Below are positions 13,701-26,083 of a stretch of DNA of 64,000 nucleotides, piece by piece. Origin of the DNA: Paragordius varius (taxonomy: Eukaryota; Animalia; Nematomorpha); the NCBI GenBank assembly GCA_964247055.1, contig OZ176050.1, positions 3,472,001 through 3,536,000 of the forward strand. The letters run 5' to 3'. The position numbers and the translations under genes were made by a program. The notes beneath the pieces are model-generated. The model did no database searches and was not told the DNA's origin. It saw only the letters and a program-made list of their open reading frames with translations. Positions within the stretch are counted from its first letter, which is position 1; each line of letters starts with the position of its first letter.

Positions 13701-13731
13701 GAAAGCACCAAGACGGAAAAAACAACGTTGA
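1750..13731 (+). CDS. DDX54: DEAD-box RNA helicase DDX54/DBP10, 5'-partial, multi-exon
   Basis: Phase-compatible GT-AG exons 1750-1901, 3075-3298, 3935-4156, 6118-6418, 6884-7049, 7344-7636, 8380-8595, 8958-9148, 9490-9655, 13241-13731. Motifs: LLEMGFAPQL after motif II, FSATL (III), TLIFLPTKYHVDY (IV), YSSLDASARK, DIAARGLDIP (V), HRIGRVARAG (VI). C-terminal DBP10CT-like WDPKRKRFV and ESGVKIKDAYK..YAEW, then a basic tail. Motifs Q, I and II lie upstream of the window. Confidence 0.9.
2021..2540 (+). mobile_element. piggyBac-like MITE, copy 1
   Basis: Flanked by TTAA on both sides (2017-2020, 2541-2544). Ends CACTT..AAGTG with an asymmetrically spaced internal inverted repeat (GATTCAAATTGGGGTA / TACCCCAAATTTAATT). 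Second copy at 57841-58413 on the other strand. Confidence 0.75.
3265..3560 (+). repeat. Tandem duplication (158-bp period) of a DDX54 exon end plus its splice donor
   Basis: TGATCAATTGATTGTTCAACCATCGTATAACATGGTAAGTTT at 3265 and again at 3423; the following ~100 bp are also similar. Confidence 0.85.
4291..5763 (-). mobile_element. 5'-truncated, frameshifted RTE-like non-LTR retrotransposon (RT plus PHD finger) in a DDX54 intron
   Basis: RT motifs QFAFRQGCSTTD, LFIDMEKAFD, GLHQGSVLSPLLF, YADD, FTYLG. PHD-type CxxC..CxxC..HxxC..CxxC lies between the KVM and FTYLG segments. Frameshifts near YADD. 3' end is (CCAT)n short repeats at 4291-4305, as expected for RTE-clade tails. Confidence 0.85.
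6480..6720 (+). other. GC-richer structured intronic island with a degenerate HDV-like ribozyme core
   Basis: ACC-UCCCGC-GGU-UUUCGCU-GG-GGCAUAAUCC-GCUAA at 6546-6581 mirrors the HDV P3/L3/P1/P1.1/P4/J4-2 layout, but P1 and P2 partners are imperfect. Extra hairpins CCTCG/CGAGG (~6658-6675) and ACTCCG/CGGAGT (6704-6719). Confidence 0.3.
8133..8352 (+). mobile_element. ~265-bp MITE family (TACCATTT termini), decayed copy between (TA)n runs
   Basis: Similar to 14514-14776, 39004-39267 and 56103-56366; shares subterminal AATTCACCC / GGGTGAATT inverted motifs. Confidence 0.7.
9800..11900 (-). mobile_element. Decayed RTE-like LINE (RT, PHD finger, thumb region) in a DDX54 intron
   Basis: Fragmented ORFs: KLKSNKAPGS, VFVDLERAFDQIP, GLHQGSVLRSPLLF, stop-interrupted MLFADDL at ~10680-10715, CSICSK..CISC..HKKC..CLN PHD, NRLRLYGH. 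GGATGGAT tail at 9800-9807. 5' boundary approximate. Confidence 0.85.
12238..12826. mobile_element. Inverted repeat (~140-bp arms) enclosing a LINE 3' fragment
   Basis: 12238-12380 is the reverse complement of 12687-12826. The middle (about 12400-12680, minus strand) translates to QRSRLKYLGYIERR..GRPTHSWSDNIKND..DKDLW, the same LINE C-terminus as at 4300-4600 and 9812-10100. Confidence 0.75.
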
Positions 13732-14282
13732 AATTTTATATTTTAACCTATGATATATATTTAGCAATAAATTAGAATATTTTGTTGGTAATCTAAAAAA
13801 GGATATTTTTTGATGTCACAAATCAAACAAAACAATATATTCCTTACCAATAAGGCTTTAATTTTAAATTGTAAAATTATTATGCAAAACAACGAACATA
13901 TAGATAAATTTTCATAAAATACATATAAATAATAAAATTAAATCACTTATTTATGATATGATAGGGTTATTAATGTTCAACAAAGACTTATCATTTAACC
14001 GATATTTGCGCTCCAATTTTATATGAAGTCCAAAAATTAGTTAATTATCTGGCACAAACTTTAAAATTTACCCAATATTCTTTTCGAATGTAAAGATTCC
14101 GATCAAATAATTTTACTGTAATGTCGAACAAAGTCTGAAAGACCCCAGGGGAAATGATATTAACTTTTTTAAAAAATAATTTCCCTCTTTTTTTAAAAAA
14201 AAATACAGTGTAACTATGCATTGTTAGTTTTTTAATATACAGAAAAGGCGCAAATAATTTCGAGTTATAATTCTCTTTATTG

Positions 14283-14843
14283 CAGGGGTGTTCAACACAA
14301 ACGGCTTTTCCAGTCGCATTTTTAACTCTAAAAACACGCCGGGCCGCTTCCGAAATATATATGAGTGTTTAGAAGGAATTTATTAGATTTCAAACATCAA
14401 ACTGTAAAATGCACCTACAACATAGCATTTTTTTCTAGTTTTTGCCAATCAAATTGACTTATTTAAAAAATTGTTTAGCAATCAAATGAAGATTTTGTGA
14501 GTACATTTTTATATACCATTTTCATTCAAAATTCACCCTCAAAATAAATTATATGTTATTTAAGATTAAAAATTACTTTAGTTTTTATATATTTTAAAAA
14601 AATAAAATTTTGTTTTAAATTAAAATAATACTGAAAAAATAATAAACTATGTCATAAAGATATATTTCATATTAATGAGTTATGTTCGAAAACACATATT
14701 TATTTTTAAGATGAATTTGAATAGCTCAAAGGGTGAATTTTAATTGTTCGAGGGTGAATTTGAACTGTAAATGGTATAATTTATGGATTATCAAAGCGGG
14801 CCTCACATAAAGTCTTGGAGGGCCCTCATGTTGGCCATTTCTG
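14283..14843. mobile_element. hAT-superfamily MITE with a nested second MITE
   Basis: Perfect 8-bp duplication CTTTATTG at 14275-14282 and 14844-14851. Ends CAGGGGTGTTCAAC and (degenerate) GTTGGCCATTTCTG with subterminal CGGGCC motifs. Confidence 0.8.
14514..14776 (-). mobile_element. ~265-bp MITE (TACCATTT..AAATGGTA, TA-flanked), nested in the hAT MITE
   Basis: TA on both sides; homologous to 8133, 39004 and 56103 copies in opposite orientation. Confidence 0.8.
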
Positions 14844-17800
14844 CTTTATTGTATATGCACTCTGGCATTAATCAATGAAAAACTAGCAGTTTACGATTAA
14901 TCATACTGTACTTAAAAATCAAATAATAATTTAATATGTTTTTGTCTTATTTCGGCAATTAGTTAAATAGTGAGCAGCTATACAACCTTTAACGCTTATA
15001 TCTAAAAAACTTAAACCTTGTTTTCAAATCGGAAAAGGTGATAATTAGTTTATAAGCGCTGTTTATATAATGAACCTCGTATTTGGAGATTTCTCTGTGT
15101 GTATTAAATATATTTGAGTGGTTTTAACAATGTTACAATAATAGCAACAGTATTTAAACAACCTTTTGTTAACATATAGTTTTGCTAAAAAATCAACATT
15201 GGTTTTTTATTTCTGATGGGAACTGACAAAACTCCAACCAACAATAGCTTACAAAGGCTGAAATTTTCCCTTGGAGTTTCAATATTGGTAAATAAAATTC
15301 GATAAGTTATTTAAAAACATTCAATATCATTGTGTAAACAAGCAATCTATTGTTAAAATTTACAAATACTATTTTTTTAATATCAAAAATATATTTGAAG
15401 TTCATCTAACATTTTTTGATATGAACATCTTCCTGTTCATCTTAAATCTTAAAATTCGGTGTTGATTTTATCATAATGACAATATGAACTTTAATATGCC
15501 AAACAAATAATGTTAAGTTATATAGGTGGAATATTTGATTAAGATTGTCACACCCGATAACGATCGTAAAAATCTTGTTTATTAAAAATATTAACTTTTA
15601 GTCACATAAGTTTTTTTTGAAACAAAATTTTTTTTAATATTTTCTTTATTAATAATATTAAACATAGTAATTTACTTAAACGGTCATTTCTATTACAACT
15701 ATTATTGTCCACATTATTTGAAGGGGTATTTTATACCATTTAGGTTACAAAATATTGCTTTTTGATGACACACAAAGAAGTATTATCAATGTTTTGTTTT
15801 GATACTTCAAATATACAGGTAAATTTAAATTTTGTAAAGAAAATAATGTAGAGTAATGTCCCCTTTTATTATGATTAAATACTTGATAATCGCATTTCCT
15901 GTCTCTTATCACAAAAGTTTGTAAAAATATTTTTTTCGAAATTTAAAATTGGCCCACATTGTTATTTTTGATTTAAGGTTGCCTTTTGTTATTTTAATTA
16001 AAAATATCATTATTAAAATTTTTTATTAAGTCTACTTAATATTTATTAGATATCAAGATAAGATTTTTGGTTTTAAAAAATAAAAATATAAAAGTCCATT
16101 TGACACTAAATTATACATTCTTTTACATACGTGATTCAAATTCAATAAATAGTTCTTACATAAACACATAACGATACATCCATAAGTACCTTTAGAATAT
16201 ATACCAAAGCAAAACATAAAATGGTTGAAATTAAACACTATTTTTCCTTTTATTAATATTTTGTTATATTTAATTATAGACAAAATTTGTTTTATATCAC
16301 ACGCTACTGTATAAGATTTAGAGTAGACACTCGACTGGATTTTGGTACCCCTTAAGCCACGCATAAATCTTTCGTGATTGATTTGTGTTTTATCGATAAC
16401 AGATTTTTACTACATTTAATTCTATATATTATCAGAATCCCTCACTTAATACTCTAAGTATAAATTCCACTTCACCACAAAATGACCATATATAACCATA
16501 AAAATGATTAAAACTTTCTACCAATCATGACATGTATGAAGGTTTTAAAAAGCACTTATGATTTTTATATCTTGATAATATCCATAAATCTTTGAGTTTT
16601 AAATAAGCGTATATATAAATGAACCTAATAAATCAATTTATATATAGATTTTTTTTACATTTACATAAATGTTTTTTTATGATTCCAATCAATAAACTTA
16701 TAATGAATATAAAATGATTTGTTATAATAGCTGGTGACTTGTAATTATTAAAACGAAACCGATCAACAATTTGTTAATTAAAAAAATATAATATAAGCGG
16801 TACCTGAACATGTGATCATAATATTATCAAAAGAATTTTAAACAGAAATTTATTAATTAATACCATCATTTAAAATTTATCGGTAATGATGAATTACTTA
16901 ATGTGTAAAAGACACGAGATGTATGATCAAAAAATTAATATATTCTAAAGCTTCCAGAGAAACCTCTTTTATACTACATAAATTAGCCTAGATAAATGCT
17001 TTAACTTAATATGTATTAATTTATTAAAAAAACCAAATTAATTTATTCGACTTTTACATGTATAAAAGAAATCCTAATTGAATTATTTTGTTTTATATAT
17101 TGAAATTGATATTTAAAGTCGACCCTTGGAAAAGTCATGAGGCTTTTTTGCAAAAGGGCATTATCCTTCAACCATTATTTATTATATTATTTAATGGCGA
17201 TATAAACAGGTAATATTTAAATGAAAATATAAATACAATCGTTTTAAAACAACAATATTTTTAAAGGGAAAATGTAATATGATTCGATCGGGTGCCATGA
17301 AATCGCCTGATGAAGAATTAAAATATATGTGGCATTATAATTACATTTATATTATTTTGTAAAATCAATTAAAATATATAATATTAATTATGTTTTGTAC
17401 TTTTTAGCATGGAACGAAAAATTTATTACATATCTAATTGATGAATCACAATGGGGAAGAAAGAAAATAACTAAACGCGTTTTTATCGAATAAAAATACA
17501 TTTTTGAGGGCCAAAATGTTTATACTTTACCACTATTGCATAATTGTATTAATTTTTTAACATTCTTTTAAGCCTTTTATTTAATAAAATTATATATAAT
17601 AATGAGACAGGTAAAATTATAAAATAATTTAAGTGTAATAGAAAAAAATTGTTGTGTTTAGGTGTGGTAGTATGAAATCTTTATATGTATATATCTTTGA
17701 TAAATAAATATTTAATTTTGCTTTTTATACTTTTATACTTTACCAGCAATGCGCTTTTTTAATATGTGCGTATATTTTTGTTTACTTATACTATTTTTGT

Positions 17801-18307
17801 GTTTGTTATTGTTTTTATGTTGTGCTGTGTGAGAATTTAACATTGTAATAAATGATAAAAAACGCAAATCTTCCTTATTTTGCGTTCACAATAAAAAAAA
17901 CATAAATACTTTTTCCGCATTTTATATCATCATATGTTTAAATCTGTTTTTTACATACTATAAATAAAAACTTCCTTGTTTTCAATGCATTCTTTAAAAT
18001 ACACATGTATGCATAAGCTTTTTTCCTTTTGAGAGTTTGTATTGTAAAAAAATGAAATAATTCACATACGGTTTTCTTCGGTTCATTTTTCATAGATGTA
18101 AATTTGCGCGATTATATGGTTAAATTTAATTTTATCCCACCACATACATTATACAAATTACAAATCAAAATTATATAATTTTTTGGGAAAACATTTTACT
18201 TAATGTTAGAATTCTTTGGAATCTTGGTAATATTTATATACATATATGTTAAAATGGGATAAAAAAATTTAATTTTAAACTTATTTTAACTTAGTTATTA
18301 TTATGCT

Positions 18308-18311
<4 letters not shown>

Positions 18312-18346
<35 letters not shown>
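18312..18346. repeat. (TA)n microsatellite
   Basis: Pure dinucleotide run. Confidence 0.95.
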
Positions 18347-18348
<2 letters not shown>

Positions 18349-19288
18349 TCGAGAATTTTTTAATGAAAAATACTTAAAAATGTTTTAATTGTAAATTTGG
18401 ATTGCTCGATAACCAGCATGTGATAACAAACTGCCAAGCGTAAAATGCGTTATAAATAATTCTTTGTGTACTTCTAAATTTAATATCCTGTTCCTACTTT
18501 ATAAGATTTGAATTAACCATAATTATAACTAAAAAATATTAATTAAATTAATTTTTTAGCTAAAATTTATGACAAATACAATGTACTATAATGACAGATA
18601 TACACCTCTTATTACATAAATTAAGCGATATACATATAAAATAGATCAAGGTTAATTTTTGGTCGATTTATTATTTAAATATATGCATGTATCTATAGGC
18701 TTGACATCAATATCCTTTTCATATTGTATATTATACAGGTTTCTATTTATTTGAATAATATGGGGTCGGTCGATCTTTGGTTATACGAATGATACCAATG
18801 TCACCTTATTTGTATAAATATTAGTTTACGTGTATTTTCAATTCAAACGTTTTACAAGGTTTGATAATATATATATATACATATGTTAATATTTAACCCT
18901 TAATTTGACATTTTTTGAAAATGGCTGGCTGCTTGCTATATTTTATAAGTGGTAATTAATAAAAAGTGACTCACAAAATTATATCGATTTTCGCAATAAA
19001 ACTGATATAGTTCATACTCTTGACAATTGTATAATTATTCTCACACCCGAAAATCATTAAATATTGGTTTAAATGACATGGCATTTTTTCTTCAAATAAA
19101 TAAAACTCCGGGTTATCAATTTACTTAGTATATAGATAAAATATATTGTTGATATCTAAAAATGTATGCGTATAATGGGAATTTTTAAAACAATGGTTGA
19201 TTGGTGTGGGATATTTTTAAATATTATATATATACTTTTATTGAAATATTGTAATTGTTTAAAAATGTTAATTAGGCATTATTAATTT

Positions 19289-19292
<4 letters not shown>

Positions 19293-19345
<53 letters not shown>
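19293..19345. repeat. (TA)n microsatellite
   Basis: Pure dinucleotide run of about 26 units, ~1 kb upstream of the ETS gene. Confidence 0.95.
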
Positions 19346-19347
<2 letters not shown>

Positions 19348-20283
19348 GTAGTATTAATATTCATAGAATATCTTTAAATAATATTATTATTTTTTTGAAA
19401 TAAGCCTAATAGAAAATTAAAATCGGTTTCCTTATTCTTTTAAATGCCTACCTGCCTCCTCTGCCTTTTAGAAATCGACTAAATACTTTTTCTTTTGATC
19501 ATCAATCGAACGATTGTAAATGCATATATATAATTATGCGCATTTTAATTAAAAATTTATACTAATTAGAATAGTAATTCCTCGAACATATATTTATATA
19601 AAAACATGCATAAAACTAAAGTTTTAAAAGTTCAAATTTTACTGTTGATTTATACATAAAACAGATATCAATCACTTGAATACATGTAAATGTAAAAAAA
19701 ACTTGGCCCTCATGAACCTTTTTTCCCTAATTTTTTCCAGTATTAATTAAAAACAATAAATATATTAATTTTTTTTTGAATAATCAGAAATATATTAATT
19801 TTTTGCATTAAGGTCCCATATAAACTTAAAATGGAATTATCGTTCCTTAACTTTGGTTTTTTGAAAATTAAAAATTCTTTTTGTTTATTGCCATCATAGA
19901 GTAAACTACTTGTATAAAGTAATACGCTTTTTCCATTTGTAATTATTCATTCTAACCATAAACTAATATATAAGATAACATAATTGGTTTGACAATATTA
20001 TGGAACCTTTTTTTTATTTTACAAGTTGTCATTAGTTTTTTTATTGAGCAATTGTGTTACATTTTACGCATTATTTAATGAGTTACATAAGTGTTATAAC
20101 ATGTAATAATTACAATATTTAAGCATGAAATCAAATATGTTTTCTGTATAGCCTATACGTTTCGTTCTTCCCATTCTTTAATGCAAATCAGAAAGACTTA
20201 CAAAGGATCTAACTGTCCAAAACATCATTCATAAATGTTAATATATATTTCTCCCTTTGACACGATATTTGTCCTTTGAGACT

Positions 20284-23200
20284 ATGATTGAAAATTGTAA
20301 TGTCATACCACCATCTTTAATAAAACACGAACGAAATCAAAGCACCTCAAAAATGACCATTTCAGTTTTGTCACCTCAAATAAACGCTGTACAATCTAAT
20401 GTGCCATCACCCGCCATAATTACATCTAATGGTACAAACTCAGCACCTAATGACCCTTTGATAACACTTTGGCAATTCCTATTGGAACTTTTGTTTGATG
20501 CCCGCTTCAAAGAAATCATAACTTGGACTAATATACAGGGTATATTATTTTTAAATGCTTTTTTCTAAAATTAATTATAAATTAATTTAATTAATTACGC
20601 AATATTTATATTGTATATAGGTGAATTCAAGCTTATAAATGCGGAAGAAGTGGCCAAGTTATGGGGTATGCGAAAAAATAAACGTAATATGAATTACGAT
20701 AAACTTTCAAGGGCTCTCCGCTATTATTACGATAAACACATTATTAAAAAAGTGTTGGGTAAAAAATATGTTTACAGATTCGTCAATATTCCTCCCAATC
20801 ATAGTGCATCGTTAGGGGGTCTCCTAGGTTTATCACGTTCAGACAATCAATCGTGCGGAAGTGGGTCTTTAGTACACAACAAAGAATTCGTCAATAACAA
20901 AAATTCAAACACAAATAATTTGAATAATGTCACAAAGATACCGCAATTTGCTCAAACTAATACATCATCGTACAACTCTAACCATTCAATGCCCGCGGCA
21001 AAGAAAAGGCAAAAATCTGTCATTAAGCAAGAATTTATAACATCTCCTGATTCATCCGTCGTTCTTCCTAATAGCAATAGCAGCAACGCAAAAAATTGTG
21101 ATATTTATAAATACGAAGATGAGATGACCGACAATGCATCTTTCGTACCCAAAAATGGGACTTTAAAACAACATTTGGGTATGTTAGTATATTTATATAT
21201 GTTTGAATTTTGGAATTTAGTTTAATTTTATGTTTGTTCAATTTTCGGTGGTAAGGTTTTTTAGTTGAATTATCCCCCTCAATGTAAATTCAGGATTGCA
21301 CTCTAAATAATCCTTATTAAACGTTAAATTATCTATTTATTTCCAAAGTACACATACCTATATATGCTTTTATAAATGTTTTGCGTAATAGGATAATAAA
21401 ATGGTAGAGATAAATATTCTTTATAGAGGAGGTTATCGCGTTCAGGAACGCGGAACCTATAAAATTTTGATTTTAATGAACTTCTTAGGCTTAAAAAATA
21501 ACATGGTATTAACAAACATTTTTTTACATGTGTTAGATGGAAATACAAATGGCGGAATGCGACCTCAACAGCAGAATTATTACGAACATTTTAGTATGGA
21601 AAAATTTTATCAACATTTCCATCATTGTTCAAACATGGAAACGGTCCCACCCAACACTTGTAACTCAAAACGACCACCTTATAACACGGCAAGTGATATC
21701 CTTACGAACCATTATAATGAACTTTACAATAATATCAGCGTGAAGGACAAATCTTCAACAATAAACTTTTTGGGCCATAATCCAAACCCATATATGATTC
21801 ATCCCCCGCCGTCAGAATTATCGCCCCCAGACTCAAATGAAACCATTGAGAATCATGGATCCTCATCACACATTATTTCACCTTCAATCGTTTCAAATTA
21901 TGGGAATGCCTTTAATTTTGTGTCGTCCTCTTGCAAAAAGGAAACACATAACAGCCCGAATCATACAACCACTAGGTAGGTCTTGTGGATACGGTTAATT
22001 TTAATAACATTAGGTTTTTTTAACACCTTAAAAACGAAATGCGTTTGTTTCAATTAAAAATATGTTTCACGGCGTTTTTCGGAATTTCCAGAATGTAAGA
22101 AGTAGAAAATGAGTGGAATGTATATAGGGGCAATCTTACTCATTAACACAGTAAAATGTGCAATTGTTTTACTATCATACCATTATTTTATTTTATTTTC
22201 AAAATTATTTTCTTATGCTTTGCTAAATTTTATACTGCACTATGCTGTATATAAGCTAGCTGGCAATATTTGAGAAAAAAATCTAACTATGTATATTTAC
22301 TCATACTATATTTTGATTGCAACAATTAATAGACACCGTTTGAATATGATTTGGGTTTTGTAAAATTTTATCAGTTATATTTTCTAATCGCATATTTTTC
22401 TCTAGGGTTCAACATGATCAATCATCAAGTTATAATCACCAATCTGCACCTCAAACTCAAAATAGGATGGAACAAATCGCTAATAGCAGCTCAAGTATTT
22501 CACAATCCCAGCAACAAAAGATTATGCATGATTCAAAACAACGCAATAATTTCACCTTTACTAATCATTACAATGATTACTATCAACACTTTTGTAATTT
22601 ATTGGCCGCATCTTCGCCCAAGAACCCTTCAACTTCTCTCCCTTTGGGAGGGAGTGGACCCCAATATTTACCCTATCCTATAACACCAAACGTGTTGAAC
22701 AGTAACACCAATACAAATAAATATTTTAATATGAACAATAATGATAACAACACCATCGATAATAAAGAGAATAGTGGTGGCTTCATCAATTCCCCCCAAG
22801 CTGGTAATATGTCATTCGGATCGGCGGCCAATATGTTTTCACATTTCAATTATATGCATACACCGTTACCCCCACTGACACCCTTTAATCTTAGCATGTA
22901 TTTAGCGGTTTCGCCCCTATTTTCGCCCCTTCTAATGCCAACACCTTTTATTTTCCCTCCTCCGACAACTTCGATTTCCGCCTCAAATTATTCTGTAGTG
23001 CCACCAAACAAATCTGAAACTCATATTGACGAAAACAATATTATTTCAAAGGACACATCAATAACTGACAAGAACGAAGTATCAGAAATATCAGAAACGC
23101 ATCAACAACCATGTAATGCAACCAGGGAACCTGTAATACGAAAGAGCCAAATTTCTGAACCCGAGCCTGACAGTAAACGACTCAAGATTGATAATCATAA

Positions 23201-24047
23201 AACTTTGGTTAAATCAGAAAATAATATCACGCCTCCTATCTCACAAACAATGATGAATGTTGGAATAGCCACTACCAGTACAACCATAATAAATGGCGGT
23301 TTAAACAATAGTGTAGCAAAACGGAGCATAGCAAAAGTCAATGGGATAAAACCTAAGAAAAAACCTGCCCCGTTATCCTTGAACAATAATAATACGCCCA
23401 CGCAAAATAATTTTAAAAATATGCCTCCGCTGTATTCACACTTTGCTTCCCACTTGAATAACACTTACAACAATAATTTTGGTAGTAGTAATAACAATAA
23501 TAGTGCTGCTTTTAGCCCATTCATGAATGTCTTTCCAAACACACCATTTAACAACTTTTTTTCCTCGTTAAATACGCCGTTTCCTCCCAATCTAGGCCTT
23601 AATAATGGTAATGGTAGTGCTAATTTGTTCAAGAGTGATGCCTTGCAAACACCGGTTTTAACGTTGCGATCTCCTATGCATTTTTCTCCATCGTCTGCTT
23701 CGATTGCTCCAGTGCGGACCGAGGCAGATGTTAGCAAATCCGATTCGGACAATACATTCGAGGTAGCCGGGGGAGGTGGTAACCCAATTATATGCCCACG
23801 ATCTCAAGAATCGGATAGTTTGCAAGGTGGGATGGCAGATGACTCTACTTGCTCCTCCTCAAGAGTTTTGGAACAACAAACAAACCACAAAGCGAAAAAT
23901 AGTTTGTGTCTACTTACTACGCATGGTTGCGTTGAAGAACCTGAAGCCTTAAATCTTTCCTACAAAGTTGATGGCGGAAAGCACATACTGAAAAAATCCC
24001 AAAGTGTCATAACATTAAACAAACGGAGTGTGGGAGAAATAGCTTAA
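20284..24047 (+). CDS. Elk: ETS-domain transcription factor, Elk/TCF (ELK1/3/4, lin-1) subfamily, 964 aa, 4 exons
   Basis: Exons 20284-20539, 20621-21178, 21537-21975, 22406-24047 join in frame (2895 nt). N-terminal ETS domain [53 protein letters not shown] is Elk-type. D-domain-like [11 protein letters not shown] and C-domain-like [17 protein letters not shown]. Start codon inferred; an upstream exon is possible. No vertebrate paralog can be assigned. Confidence 0.85.
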
Positions 24048-26083
24048 ATCATTTTAACTAGGGTATAATATTTAATATTTGTTTCAAATTATGAAATATG
24101 ATTAAATTTTTAAGCATATGATATTTTGAGTTTTTCAATTTCGGTGCAAGATATTTAATTTTTTTACTATATAGGTATGCCAAGAATATAAATCTTTTTT
24201 GCACCAGCCGAAATACACCCAATTACGGACATTATTCCCCTATATAAAAACTTAAATATGCACTGGATAATTTTCAAAAAACAAAATTAATCACAACTAT
24301 GCAACTTTCTTCCAACATTTATTTTGTTTTCATGTTTTATGATAAAATTTGACATATTATGGGCCAATCATTGTTTTTAAAATATTAAAAATACCTGAAA
24401 ATTGTTTCACGCTTCAAATATATTTTGGATAAAGAAAACGATCAATCTTAATTGTGATACTTTATTTAAATTTGATTAATTAATTAGATAGATAGATGGA
24501 TAGATATATTTTTTTAATGAATGCCATACTTTTAAATACAGCAACTTTATTTTTTCCGCCAATTTTTTTATAATATTATGCATGCATTTATAGAAAGCAT
24601 ATTTTATATAGTGTTTTATGATAATTATGAGTTAATTTAAATGCACCATTTTACCTATTGTCTCTTTAATAATAGTGTTTTTACAAAATCAAACTACAAA
24701 TTTAGTGATATTAAATTTGATATTATTCTCCATTTTTTTATTATTTATATTTTATTTATAAACAAATGTTTCAGAAATATAGTTATCTCTGTTTAAGTTG
24801 GGCCATAACCCATATATTATGATTCATAGTTATTATGACAATATTTTCATTTCACCTATATTATTAATATAATGAATGATATTATTAGATTTTAAATAAA
24901 TAATTTGCTCAAATGTACCACAATCCCCTTTCAAATACACCGTTAATGAAAATTGAAAATTTGCATAAAAACATGCTGTATAAATCTTGAACTACTTTTT
25001 CCACACAGTCCGATACAAAAATTTTTTTTAAAACTAAACCAATTTTAAAGAGGCTATATATTTGGCTGAGTTATTTTTTGAGATGATATGTCGGCATAAA
25101 ATGCTAAAAATGTTATTCGCATAATAACATGGGAAAAACAATAAAATGGTATTTTCACAAACTTTAAGTTTGTTATAATTGTTTTTTTGAGGGATAATAT
25201 AATAAACTTTTTAAAATATTTAGATTTGCAAATGTGGATGAAGAAAATTTGTTTTGTTGAATCAGACCGATCCGATTCAATGGCAGTTAATTCTTTACAC
25301 ACTGTTATATATACATAAATTTTTAATATGCAACAAGAGAAAAAATTGATAAAAATCAATTTTATTTTTTTTGTTAAAAATTAGGATTGCACATACATAG
25401 TCACAAAAGTTCATTTCCCATAAGAAAGGTAAAAATGGTTCAAGTCACAAAAAATACGCTTAAAATTAAATAATTTTAAGAAAGCATCGGTTTAATAAAA
25501 ATATTATTTAGCATGCTTTTTGTTATGTAAGCTTATGTTGGGTTGAATTCCAACCTGTCAGGAATATAACGGGTATAAATGCACATATATGCAATAACCA
25601 GTCATTTAATACCACGAATACAAATATATGAACTGTATGTTTAAGCGGCCATTTATCCCTCTCAGGTACCAAACGGGTCTATCATATGTTTTTACAAAAA
25701 GTTAGAGAAACAATCAATACTGTAAACAAAACGTATATTTTAACTACCACAAACTTAAAAATTTTTGCAAAATATTTTATAAATTTTTACTGATTTTCAG
25801 TCAACCTGATTTTATCATTTAAGACGCTTCACCTTTTTACATGAATATTGTTGATACACCAAATATTTCACTATTTTTATAATATGCAAAGTTTAAACAA
25901 TTTCGTTTCTTACACATTTTATAGTCAAATCTTTTGGGTTTATTTTCCTTTTGTGCATCCCTCGAATTTCGGATGGTTGATAAGATCATCTTTTTAAAAA
26001 ATTCTAACTAAAAATTGCATATATTTATTCTTAATATTTAGTATATGTAATATTTGTATGATTTATTAATTATATTTTGCTAG

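Noticed and set aside
23195-23752. Two minus-strand ORFs overlapping the ETS last exon
   Set aside because: Antisense shadows of a long coding exon.
25530-25990. Possible ZP-C or transmembrane exons downstream of the ZP-N gene (LINHPKFEGC; hydrophobic LLHICAFIPVIFLTGW)
   Set aside because: Short frames closed by stops, no ZP-C Cys pattern, no good upstream donor; hydrophobic peptides arise easily in AT-rich DNA. Cannot be fully excluded without cDNA.
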